From an uncultured bacterium (lineage in GTDB: Bacteria; UBP14; UBA6098; B30-G16), in NCBI GenBank assembly GCA_965552135.1, contig CBEVQY010000010.1, forward strand, positions 1 to 64,000: a stretch of 64,000 bases of DNA, read 5' to 3'. The notes beneath the pieces are model-generated. The model saw nothing but the letters and a program-made list of their open reading frames with translations. It ran no database searches and had not been told where the DNA came from. Position numbers and translations under genes: made by a program. This document shows, one piece after another, positions 47,161 through 55,156 of this stretch. Within the stretch, counting starts at the first letter, position 1; each line of letters begins with the position of its first letter.

Positions 47161-48754
47161 CGGGTATCTCTATCGTGAACTTCACCCCGCCCTCGACGTT
47201 TTCGGCTCTTATGCTGCCTCCGTGCGCCTCGACGATGCGATAGGCGTAAAAAAGCCCCACGCCTGTGCCTTTGCCCTTGCCGCTTGTGAAGGGCTCGAAT
47301 ATGCGGGGCAGCAAGTCATCGGGAATGTGTTTGCCCGTGTTGAAGACCGCAAGCACAAGCTTTCCTTTGTCGACTTTGGCTGTGAGCTTGATCTTTCCGC
47401 CCTGCGGCGTTGCTTCGAAGGCGTTTTTCACCACGTTGTCCGCGGCGCGGCGAAGCTTTTCCCAGTCGAGGGCAAGGAGGGGCAGGTCGCGCTGTATATC
47501 GCATTCGACCGTAACGCCTTTGCCCCTGGCTATGCTTTGCGCGAAGTCGCATACGGAGCGCGCGAAGTCGGAGAAGCTCCCCTGCGATCGAACGGGCGAC
47601 ACGTTCCCCGCAACGGCTATAAACTCCTGCACGATGCCGTCTATCCGCCTGATCTGTGAGCGCGCAGTTTTGAGGATGGATCTGAACTCATCGGCGTCCC
47701 CCTTCGGCTCGAACTCGGCTTCTATCCGCTGCAGCGATATCGCGACTGCGTTCAGCGGGTTTCGGATTTCGTGCGCAACGGCTGCTGCTATCTCCCCAAG
47801 GGATCGCAGGTGCGAAAGCCTTTGGTGCTCCTGGCGCAGCGAAAGGATCTTCGACATAAGCGCGCCCAGGATGATCGTTGCCAGAACGACCAGAAGCGCA
47901 AGCCCACACCCAACGCCAACGGTCCACCAGACGGCGGAGGATATATCCCTGTATTCCGACAGCGGGAGCCCGATGCGCAGTATTCCCGAAAACTCGCCAA
48001 GCCTCGGGAACGGGCATGCGAGCTCGAAGACCTTTTCGCCCTGGAAGTCTGCAAACCGCGTCCTGGGCGCTTTGCTCTCGAGAACCCCAAGCAGGAAGCG
48101 GTCCGACTCCACGGAGGTTGCGCGGTAGACGTCCTTCGAGGCGACGACTATCCCGCGCCTGTTCTGGATTATGATGTATCTTACTGCGGGCGTTTCGGCA
48201 AGCTGCCTCGCAAGTATACCTATGCCTATGTTCTTCGGGAACGGGCTTTCGACGAAAAGCACGGTGATCGTGTCGTTTGTGCGGACCGCAAGCCCCATGG
48301 GCTCTGCGCCCAGCGGGAATTCCGGGTCGAGCCCGAAGTAGAGCGAGCTTTCCTCGCCCTCAACAACGGGCGCGACGATGCTGGGCAAAAGGGAGATCCA
48401 CTGGGATCGCCTTGGGTTTACGGCGCCTATGGTGTCGATAACGTCTCCTGCGGCGTTCAAGCGGACCACAAGCGGCACTTCGACGGGCAGAGTCTGCGCC
48501 GTTGGCGGCGCTTTCAAAAACGCTTTGGCGTAGTCGGCGAGCCTGAAGCGCGTTGAAAGAATCTCGTGGCTCTGCAGGCTGTATACGGCGCGTGCGCCCT
48601 CGATGAATATGTTCGCCAGCGAGACGGCGTCTTTCTCCATAAGCTGTATCAGCGCCTTGCGGGCGTTTCGCGCCGCAAGGTAGGTCGATACTGCGGCGAC
48701 GACAAGCACAAACACCACCACGCCCGCCGAAACCCTTTTTAAACGGCTTTCCAT
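47138..48754 (-). CDS. membrane sensor histidine kinase
   Basis: Two TM segments, H-box AHEIRNPL, N-box NVVKNA, G-boxes NTG and GTGVGL. Confidence 0.92.
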   Translation of the reverse strand: MESRLKRVSAGVVVFVLVVAAVSTYLAARNARKALIQLMEKDAVSLANIFIEGARAVYSLQSHEILSTRFRLADYAKAFLKAPPTAQTLPVEVPLVVRLNAAGDVIDTIGAVNPRRSQWISLLPSIVAPVVEGEESSLYFGLDPEFPLGAEPMGLAVRTNDTITVLFVESPFPKNIGIGILARQLAETPAVRYIIIQNRRGIVVASKDVYRATSVESDRFLLGVLESKAPRTRFADFQGEKVFELACPFPRLGEFSGILRIGLPLSEYRDISSAVWWTVGVGCGLALLVVLATIILGALMSKILSLRQEHQRLSHLRSLGEIAAAVAHEIRNPLNAVAISLQRIEAEFEPKGDADEFRSILKTARSQIRRIDGIVQEFIAVAGNVSPVRSQGSFSDFARSVCDFAQSIARGKGVTVECDIQRDLPLLALDWEKLRRAADNVVKNAFEATPQGGKIKLTAKVDKGKLVLAVFNTGKHIPDDLLPRIFEPFTSGKGKGTGVGLFYAYRIVEAHGGSIRAENVEGGVKFTIEIPVSPPARR

Positions 48755-48761
48755 GAACGCC

Positions 48762-50036
48762 CTAAAGTCTGCGGTAGTCGGCGGCTATGTCGGAGCGGTA
48801 GAACTGCCGCTCGAACTCGATCCTCTCGACTATCGCGTACGCTCTGGATGCGGCTTCGTCGTAAGAGCTTCCGAGCCCGACGACGTTTAGAACCCTTCCG
48901 CCGTTTGTGATGAGCGCATCGCCCTTGCGCGCCGTCCCCGCGTGGAAGATTATGTAGTCCTCGCTCGCCGGCGCAAGCTCCGAAAGACCGCGGATTTGAT
49001 AGCCCTTCTTGTACTTCTTCGGATAGCCGCCCGATGCCATAACGACGCACACCGCTTTCCTGTCGCTCCACTCCACGTCCGCCTCAAGCACCCTGCCCTC
49101 CAGGGCGAAAAGCATTATCTCCACAAGATCAGACCCAAGCAGCGGCAGGATCACCTGCGTTTCCGGGTCGCCGAACCTGCAGTTGAACTCAAGCACCTTC
49201 GGTCCCGAGCTTGTGAGCATAAGCCCGGCGTAGAGTATTCCCTTGAAGGGCGTTCCGAGGAAGCGCAGCCCGTCCACGGCTCGCGAGATTATGTCGTCGG
49301 AGATCGCTTTCATAAGCTCTTCGTCGAGCTTGGGGTGTGGTGCGACGGCGCCCATTCCGCCCGTGTTGGGTCCTTCGTCGTTGTCGTAGGCGCGCTTGTA
49401 GTCCTGGGCGGGGATGAGGGGCACGAAGTTCTCGCCGTCGACAACAGCCAAAACCGATGCCTCAACGCCCTCAAGGTATTCTTCTACCACAACGGTTTTG
49501 CCGGCGTCGCCCCAGGTGCGCTCTATCATCATGTGGACGATGGCGTCGCGAGCCTCGTCGATGTTCGTGGCAACAACGGAACCCTTACCTCCCGCAAGAC
49601 CGTCGGTCTTTATCACGATGGGGAATTCATGGTCCTCGACGAACCTTATCGCCTGCTCGGGGTCGTCGAAGATGACGAAGCTTGCGGTGGGTATGTGGAA
49701 TCGCTGCATGAACTGCTTTGCGAAGACCTTGCTCGACTCGATCCTCGCCGCCTGCTGCGACGGACCGAATATGGCAAGCCCCCTGCTTGTGAAGTAGTCG
49801 ACGATTCCGTTTGCCAGGGGCTCTTCGGGACCAACAACCGTCAGGTCGACGCCGTTGCGCTGCGCGTAGCTGGCAAGACCCCTTATGTCCGTCTGCGCTA
49901 TGTCGACGAGCTTGGCGATCTGCGCTATGCCGGCGTTGCCCGGAGCCACACAAACCTCGCTGACGTAAGGGCTTTGCGATATCTTCCACGCAAGGGCGTG
50001 CTCCCTGCCGCCGCCGCCTACGACCAACACCTTCAT
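48762..50036 (-). CDS. purD: phosphoribosylamine--glycine ligase
   Basis: MKVLVVGGGGREHALAW, DGLAGGKG, GPNTGGMG and EFNCRFGDPETQ motifs. SD AAGGAG. Confidence 0.96.
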   Translation of the reverse strand: MKVLVVGGGGREHALAWKISQSPYVSEVCVAPGNAGIAQIAKLVDIAQTDIRGLASYAQRNGVDLTVVGPEEPLANGIVDYFTSRGLAIFGPSQQAARIESSKVFAKQFMQRFHIPTASFVIFDDPEQAIRFVEDHEFPIVIKTDGLAGGKGSVVATNIDEARDAIVHMMIERTWGDAGKTVVVEEYLEGVEASVLAVVDGENFVPLIPAQDYKRAYDNDEGPNTGGMGAVAPHPKLDEELMKAISDDIISRAVDGLRFLGTPFKGILYAGLMLTSSGPKVLEFNCRFGDPETQVILPLLGSDLVEIMLFALEGRVLEADVEWSDRKAVCVVMASGGYPKKYKKGYQIRGLSELAPASEDYIIFHAGTARKGDALITNGGRVLNVVGLGSSYDEAASRAYAIVERIEFERQFYRSDIAADYRRL

Positions 50037-50126
50037 CGCAGCTCCTTTCGCTTCGCCTCCACGACTTTGTAATATCCCCCACGCAGCCCGGATTGGCAAC
50101 GGAAAGTTCGAGCGCAAATTATCACC

Positions 50127-50154
50127 TTGCGCTTGCGCATCGTTTGCTTACAAT
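50127..50154 (+). promoter_or_regulatory. sigma70-type promoter of tRNA-Val/recR
   Basis: TTGCGC-N16-TACAAT, 8 nt before the tRNA. Confidence 0.55.
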
Positions 50155-50162
50155 AAAAAGTT

Positions 50163-50236
50163 GGGCGGGTAGCTCAGGCGGTAAGAGCGCTTGCCTTACA
50201 AGCAAGAGGTCGGAGGTTCGAGTCCTCTCCCGCCCA
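50163..50236 (+). tRNA. tRNA-Val(TAC)
   Basis: GGGCGGGTAGCTCAG...CTTGC-CTTACAA-GCAAG...GGTTCGAGTCC...CCCGCCCA. No encoded CCA. Confidence 0.96.
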
Positions 50237-50262
50237 TTGCTTTTTTCGGAGGAGGTTGCCCT

Positions 50263-50865
50263 GTGGCTTTTCAGTCGGATGTTGTGAGGAGGCTTGTTGA
50301 GGAGCTTTGTCGTCTTCCCGGCATAGGTACGCGCTCGGCAACGAGGATCGCCTATCATCTGCTTGGGCGCGGCAGGGAGGACATCGAGGCTTTGATCTCG
50401 GCGCTGCGCGACCTTATGGAGAAGGTCAAGGTTTGCTCGGTGTGTTTCAACGTCTCCGAGACTGACCCCTGCCCCATCTGCGCCGACGAGGGCAGAGATC
50501 ACTCCGTTGTGTGCGTTGTTGAGGAGCCGCAGGACCTTGCCGCGATTGAGTCTGCCGACGTTTACGACGGCGTTTATCACGTTCTCGGAGGCGCCATAAG
50601 CGTCCTCGACGGCGTTGGTCCCGAAAAGCTCCGCATAGCCGAGCTTCTGGACCGCGTATCCGCAGGCGGTGTGAAGGAGGTGATAATCGCCACCAACCCA
50701 ACGCCCGAGGGCGAAACGACGGCGCAGTACATAGTGAAAAAGCTTGCCCCCACAGGCGTTAAGATCACGATGCTCGCCCAGGGTCTTTCCGCGGGAAGCG
50801 ACCTCGAGTTCGCCGACAAACGAACCCTCAGACAAGCGATCCAAAACCGTAAGCCCATATCCTAA
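50263..50865 (+). CDS. recR: recombination mediator RecR
   Basis: LPGIGTRSATR, C4 zinc finger, YHVLGG, ATNPTPEGETTA. SD GGAGG before GTG. Confidence 0.96.
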   Translation: MAFQSDVVRRLVEELCRLPGIGTRSATRIAYHLLGRGREDIEALISALRDLMEKVKVCSVCFNVSETDPCPICADEGRDHSVVCVVEEPQDLAAIESADVYDGVYHVLGGAISVLDGVGPEKLRIAELLDRVSAGGVKEVIIATNPTPEGETTAQYIVKKLAPTGVKITMLAQGLSAGSDLEFADKRTLRQAIQNRKPIS

Positions 50866-50933
50866 GCCTCTCGGTGAAATCCTTAATCTTTTTCCTTGCC
50901 ATTTTTGCAGTTACTTGTATAGTTATGATTGCG

Positions 50934-51212
50934 ATGGATGAGGAGGCGGAAAAGAGGCAGTACAGGCGCGAGCTTTTCATAAAGCTTTTGCTTATGCTGC
51001 GTGCGGCGGCGCTGCGGTATCTTGGCGTTGGCGAGGATGAGCCCAAAGTCGACGCGGAGGCGGCAAGGGAGATAATCGATATGCTTGATCTTCTGCAGGA
51101 GAAGACGGCGGGCAATCTCTCCGAGCCGGAGGAGGAGATGCTCAAAAACCTCCTCACCGAGCTCCGCTTGGCGTATGTAAAGACCGTGGGGGAGGGAAGT
51201 GGCGCATCCTGA
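50934..51212 (+). CDS. DUF1844-like protein
   Basis: LG...AREIIDMLDLLQEKTAGNLS..E..L...L.ELRLAYV pattern. Start uncertain (50925 or 50934). Confidence 0.75.
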   Translation: MDEEAEKRQYRRELFIKLLLMLRAAALRYLGVGEDEPKVDAEAAREIIDMLDLLQEKTAGNLSEPEEEMLKNLLTELRLAYVKTVGEGSGAS

Positions 51213-51855
51213 GAACGAACTTGCGCACGAGCTTGCGTTCGATGAGCTCCGCGAGGCTATGGTCCGCTATCAGATCGAGCAGCGCGGTATCTCCGACGTT
51301 CGTGTGCTTGATGCGATGAGGGAGGTGCCCCGTCATCTTTTCGTTCCGCCTCATATCAGGGCGAGCGCATACGACGATACGCCGCTGCCCATAGGGTACG
51401 GACAGACCATAAGCCAGCCCTACATCGTTGCGCTTATGACCGAGCTTTTGGAGCCCAGACCCGACGACGTCGTCCTCGAGATAGGCACCGGCTCGGGCTA
51501 TCAGGCGGCGGTCCTCTCGAGGATAGTCTCCAAGGTTTACACCGTTGAGCGTATACCCGAGCTTTTGGAGGGCGCGAGGCGCGTTTGGAGAAAGCTCGGA
51601 TACGATAACATCGAGGGCTTTTTGGGCAACGGCTGGAACGGTCTTCCGCAGTTTGCCCCGTACGATGGCATAATCGTCACCGCCGCTGCGTCGCGCGTAC
51701 CAGAGCCACTTCTGGAGCAGCTCAAAACGGGCGCACACCTCGTGATACCCGTCGGTGAGCTCTACCAGCGCCTGTGGAGGATAACGAAGACGCAGGATGG
51801 GTTCGTCGAGCAGCCGTCGATAAGCGTGCGGTTCGTGCCCTTGCTCGAAGAATAA
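51199..51855 (+). CDS. pcm: protein-L-isoaspartate O-methyltransferase
   Basis: VPRHLFV, GQTISQPYIVA, VLEIGTGSGYQAA, APYDGIIVTAA and RFVPL motifs. Confidence 0.96.
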   Translation: MAHPENELAHELAFDELREAMVRYQIEQRGISDVRVLDAMREVPRHLFVPPHIRASAYDDTPLPIGYGQTISQPYIVALMTELLEPRPDDVVLEIGTGSGYQAAVLSRIVSKVYTVERIPELLEGARRVWRKLGYDNIEGFLGNGWNGLPQFAPYDGIIVTAAASRVPEPLLEQLKTGAHLVIPVGELYQRLWRITKTQDGFVEQPSISVRFVPLLEE

Positions 51856-51877
51856 TGTCCAAAGGGAGTGTGAGGCA

Positions 51878-52144
51878 ATGCTTTTATGGATGCTTGTGAT
51901 AATAGTTTTGACTGTTTCGATGATCGCCACATATTATCTTTTGCCGGGGAAAGCCGAGGTTCTTATGGTTCACGCGTACGCGATTTTGCTCGTTTCGCTT
52001 GCGGTGCTTTATCGGGTTTTCCGGAAGATGAGGTCTCGGCGTATGGAGAGGCTCATCGAGGAGCTGAACTACCTGAGGATGCGCGTTGCGCAGCTTGAGG
52101 GCAGCATCTCCGGCGAAGAGGAAATAGAAGAGCAAGGGGAGTGA
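51878..52144 (+). CDS. small 2-TM protein with C-terminal coiled coil (paralog a)
   Basis: Two hydrophobic segments, basic linker and heptad tail. SD present. Confidence 0.7.
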   Translation: MLLWMLVIIVLTVSMIATYYLLPGKAEVLMVHAYAILLVSLAVLYRVFRKMRSRRMERLIEELNYLRMRVAQLEGSISGEEEIEEQGE

Positions 52145-52147
52145 GCT

Positions 52148-52393
52148 ATGACATATTGGATAGTTGCGATTATAGTTTTGAATTTGTTTGTGTTGTTTCA
52201 GAAGGGCGCGCCCGATGTCGTCAAGCTGAACGCCGCTATGGTCACCGTTATAGCCTTCGTTGCGCTCGTCAGGATTTGGCACAAGAAGCGACAGAGGGCT
52301 TTGGAGAAGCTTTTGGAGGAGATCGAGCAGCTGCAGCGGGAGAACGAGGAGCTTCGGGCACGACTGCAGAGCAGGGACGCCAAAGAAACGTGA
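52148..52393 (+). CDS. small 2-TM protein with C-terminal coiled coil (paralog b)
   Basis: Same architecture, ALVRI..K...LEKLLEEIEQL. Confidence 0.7.
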   Translation: MTYWIVAIIVLNLFVLFQKGAPDVVKLNAAMVTVIAFVALVRIWHKKRQRALEKLLEEIEQLQRENEELRARLQSRDAKET

Positions 52394-52412
52394 AAACTAA
52401 AAGGAGGACGAG

Positions 52413-52685
52413 ATGTTTCTTATAATAATTCTGATCCTTTTCGTCGACACTGTGATGCTTTGCGCCTTCGCCATTCACTGCAACCGCACCGCTTGGGACT
52501 ATCTGATCCCGATGTATGCGCTTCAGGTTGTTGGCTACGCCGCCCTGTACCGCATCTACATAAAGACTAAGCTTGGTAAGAAGGAGAAGCTTCGCGACAA
52601 GCTTGAGCGGCTTCGCGCGGAAAACGTCGAGCTTAAAAGGAGGCTTGGTGAGGCGGAGGGTAATGAGGCACCAAGCGGATCGTAA
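52413..52685 (+). CDS. small 2-TM protein with C-terminal coiled coil (paralog c)
   Basis: Same architecture, SD AGGAGG, ALYRI..K...KEKLRDKLERL. Confidence 0.7.
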   Translation: MFLIIILILFVDTVMLCAFAIHCNRTAWDYLIPMYALQVVGYAALYRIYIKTKLGKKEKLRDKLERLRAENVELKRRLGEAEGNEAPSGS

Positions 52686-52725
52686 TCCAGAGCCCGCCTT
52701 TTGATGGATCTTCGTCCAGCCGTTT

Positions 52726-54498
52726 GTGCTGCGTTTTCGGGAGATGTTTCACGCGGTTTATAAGGGCATAGGCAGTGGCAGCGGGTTCGCCATAGGACCT
52801 GCGGTCATAGTTCAGCGTGGCGAGCTTGCCGTGCCGCGGAGCGAGCTTAAAGCCTCGGACGTTGAGAAGGAGATCAGGCGGTTTCGGAGGGCGGTTGCCG
52901 TTGCGCACGAACAGCTTAACCGCATAAGGGCGGCTATCGCAAAGGTTATGGGCGACGATGCCGCCGCCATCATCGACGCACAGCTCCTGCTGCTAAACGA
53001 CCCCTCGTGCATCGACGAAACCGAAAGGCTCATCCTCAAAAAGCTTGTCAACGCCGAGTACGCGTTCGACACAGTCATCCAAAGCATAGTCGAAAGCCTT
53101 TCCGAAAGCGACAACGACGTTTTCCGCGAGCGCGTTCAGGATTTTCACGATATCCGCAGACGCGTTCTCGCGAACCTTATGGGGCTTAAGCACCAGGTGA
53201 TACCCTCCCCGCGGCGGCGGTCGATCCTTATCATCAGCCACCTTGCGCCGTCTGAGACAGCCCACCTTTTCGGGAGCAAGTTCGTCGGTCTTGTGACCGA
53301 AGCCGGAGGGTTCACGTCCCACATAGCCATTATGGCGAGGACGATGGACCTTCCCGCCGTTTTGGGCGTTGAGGGGGTAACCGACGCCGTCCGCGACGGC
53401 GACACCGTTATAGTCGACTCGATGCGCGGGCAGGTTGTGGTGAATCCCGACGATGCGACGAGGCGCGAGTTTCAGTCCAAGCAAAGGCTTTACCGCCGCA
53501 GGCGCAGCTTCGTCATGAAAGCCGTTCCCCTCGAGCCTGTGACCAAAGATGGGCACAGGATCACCGTTGCGGCGAACATGGAGCTTCCCGAGGAGGTTCC
53601 CCTCGCCAAGCACTACGGCGCGGAAGGGATCGGGCTTTTCAGGACGGAGCTTTTGTACATGTCGGGCGAGGCGTTGCCCAGCGAGGAGCAGCAGTTCGAG
53701 ATATACAAGTCGATAGCCGAGAAGGTTGCGCCGCACTCGGCGATAATAAGGACCTTCGACGTCGGCGGCGACAAGCTCGCGGGCGTCCTCGGACACCACT
53801 ACGAGCCCAACCCATTCCTGGGGCTGCGCGCAATTCGCATCGGGCTTAAGTACCCCGACATCCTCAAGGTGCAGCTTAGGGCAATACTTCGGGCAAGCGC
53901 CTTCGGAAAGATCAAGATAATGTTCCCGATGATCTCCCTCCCCGAGGAGATGCAGCTTGCCCGCCAGATAGTCGCCGATATAATGGATGAGCTTAGCCGC
54001 AAGGGCATCCCCTTCGACGAGAACATCGAGGTTGGCGCGATGGTTGAGGTTCCGTCCGCGGCGATACTTTCGCGCAAGCTCGCTGTGTACTGCGACTTCT
54101 TCAGCATAGGCACAAACGACCTCATCCAATACACCCTCGCCGCCGACAGGGGCAACCCGCGCGTTGCGCACATATACCAAAGCTATCAGCCCGCGGTTCT
54201 TAAGCTCATCAAGTTCACCATCGATTCTGCTCACCTTGCGGGCAGGTGGGTTGGCGTTTGCGGCGAGATGGCGGGGGAGCTTCGCGCCATCCCCATGCTT
54301 TTGGGGATGGGTGTCGACGAACTGTCCACCGTGCCCGCGAGGGTGCCGCTTGTTAAACAGGTCGTTCGCCACCTGCGCTTCGAGGACGCAAGGAAAATAG
54401 CCGAACAGGTCCTCCAGTTCGATACACAGGAAGAGGTCATATCCTTCCTCGACGAGCAGGTCAAGCGGTTTCTGCCGAAGACGATGTGGGAGATGTAG
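52726..54498 (+). CDS. ptsI: phosphoenolpyruvate--protein phosphotransferase (PTS enzyme I)
   Basis: GGFTSHIAIMAR phospho-His, GIGLFRTE, EPNPFLGLRAIR, DFFSIGTNDLIQY and CGEMAG. Alternative start 52744. Confidence 0.95.
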   Translation: MLRFREMFHAVYKGIGSGSGFAIGPAVIVQRGELAVPRSELKASDVEKEIRRFRRAVAVAHEQLNRIRAAIAKVMGDDAAAIIDAQLLLLNDPSCIDETERLILKKLVNAEYAFDTVIQSIVESLSESDNDVFRERVQDFHDIRRRVLANLMGLKHQVIPSPRRRSILIISHLAPSETAHLFGSKFVGLVTEAGGFTSHIAIMARTMDLPAVLGVEGVTDAVRDGDTVIVDSMRGQVVVNPDDATRREFQSKQRLYRRRRSFVMKAVPLEPVTKDGHRITVAANMELPEEVPLAKHYGAEGIGLFRTELLYMSGEALPSEEQQFEIYKSIAEKVAPHSAIIRTFDVGGDKLAGVLGHHYEPNPFLGLRAIRIGLKYPDILKVQLRAILRASAFGKIKIMFPMISLPEEMQLARQIVADIMDELSRKGIPFDENIEVGAMVEVPSAAILSRKLAVYCDFFSIGTNDLIQYTLAADRGNPRVAHIYQSYQPAVLKLIKFTIDSAHLAGRWVGVCGEMAGELRAIPMLLGMGVDELSTVPARVPLVKQVVRHLRFEDARKIAEQVLQFDTQEEVISFLDEQVKRFLPKTMWEM

Positions 54499-54529
54499 CT
54501 TTTCCCGCAGCCGCTTTTTGAGTGGCGTT

Positions 54530-55156
54530 TTAAGGTGCGGTCAGGAACCTGAGTGTTTCGCGCCAGAGTGGCTTTTCCCGACCGAGGAGTGATCTTCCGC
54601 CGTGGCCGGGGCACAGGATAAGCTCGTCGGGCAGCGTGAGGATTTTTCTTATGCTGTGCGCGAGCGCTTCGGGGGATGAGTGTGGGAAGTCTGTTCTTCC
54701 CACGGCTCCGCCTGCAAAGACCGTATCGCCGCAGATGAAGTAACCGCCGCCCACAAAACCGATGCTGCCCGGCGTGTGTCCGGGAAGGTGCAGGATGTCG
54801 AGGTCGAAGCCGAGCGAAGCCAAAACCCCAGCGCTTATCGGCTCAGCACACAGAGTGATGGGGTTCCCCAAAGCAAGCGAGAAGTTCTCTTCGGGGTCGG
54901 CGAGCATGGGGATGTCGTCTTCGTGCGCGTAGATGGGGATGTTGTAGCGGCCTGCAAGCTCCGGAGCAGCGCCTATGTGATCGTAGTGTCCATGGGTCAA
55001 TATTACGGCTTTGGGGCAGAGCTCGTGTCGTTCGATCTCTGCTGCTATGCGGGAGGCGTCTGCGCCGGGATCGACCACCAACGCGGAGCCTGAGCCCTCG
55101 CTTACGATGTAACAGTTCGTCTCAAGCTCGCCAACTATCACCCGAAAAAGTTTCAT
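54530..55156 (-). CDS. MBL-fold metallo-hydrolase (glyoxalase II-like)
   Basis: THGHYDHIG, PGHTPGS, GDTVF, GRTDFP and PGHG motifs. Confidence 0.92.
   Translation of the reverse strand: MKLFRVIVGELETNCYIVSEGSGSALVVDPGADASRIAAEIERHELCPKAVILTHGHYDHIGAAPELAGRYNIPIYAHEDDIPMLADPEENFSLALGNPITLCAEPISAGVLASLGFDLDILHLPGHTPGSIGFVGGGYFICGDTVFAGGAVGRTDFPHSSPEALAHSIRKILTLPDELILCPGHGGRSLLGREKPLWRETLRFLTAP

Noticed and set aside
50191..50262. recR N-terminal extension from the ORF track
   Set aside because: It overlaps tRNA-Val; the SD supports GTG 50263.
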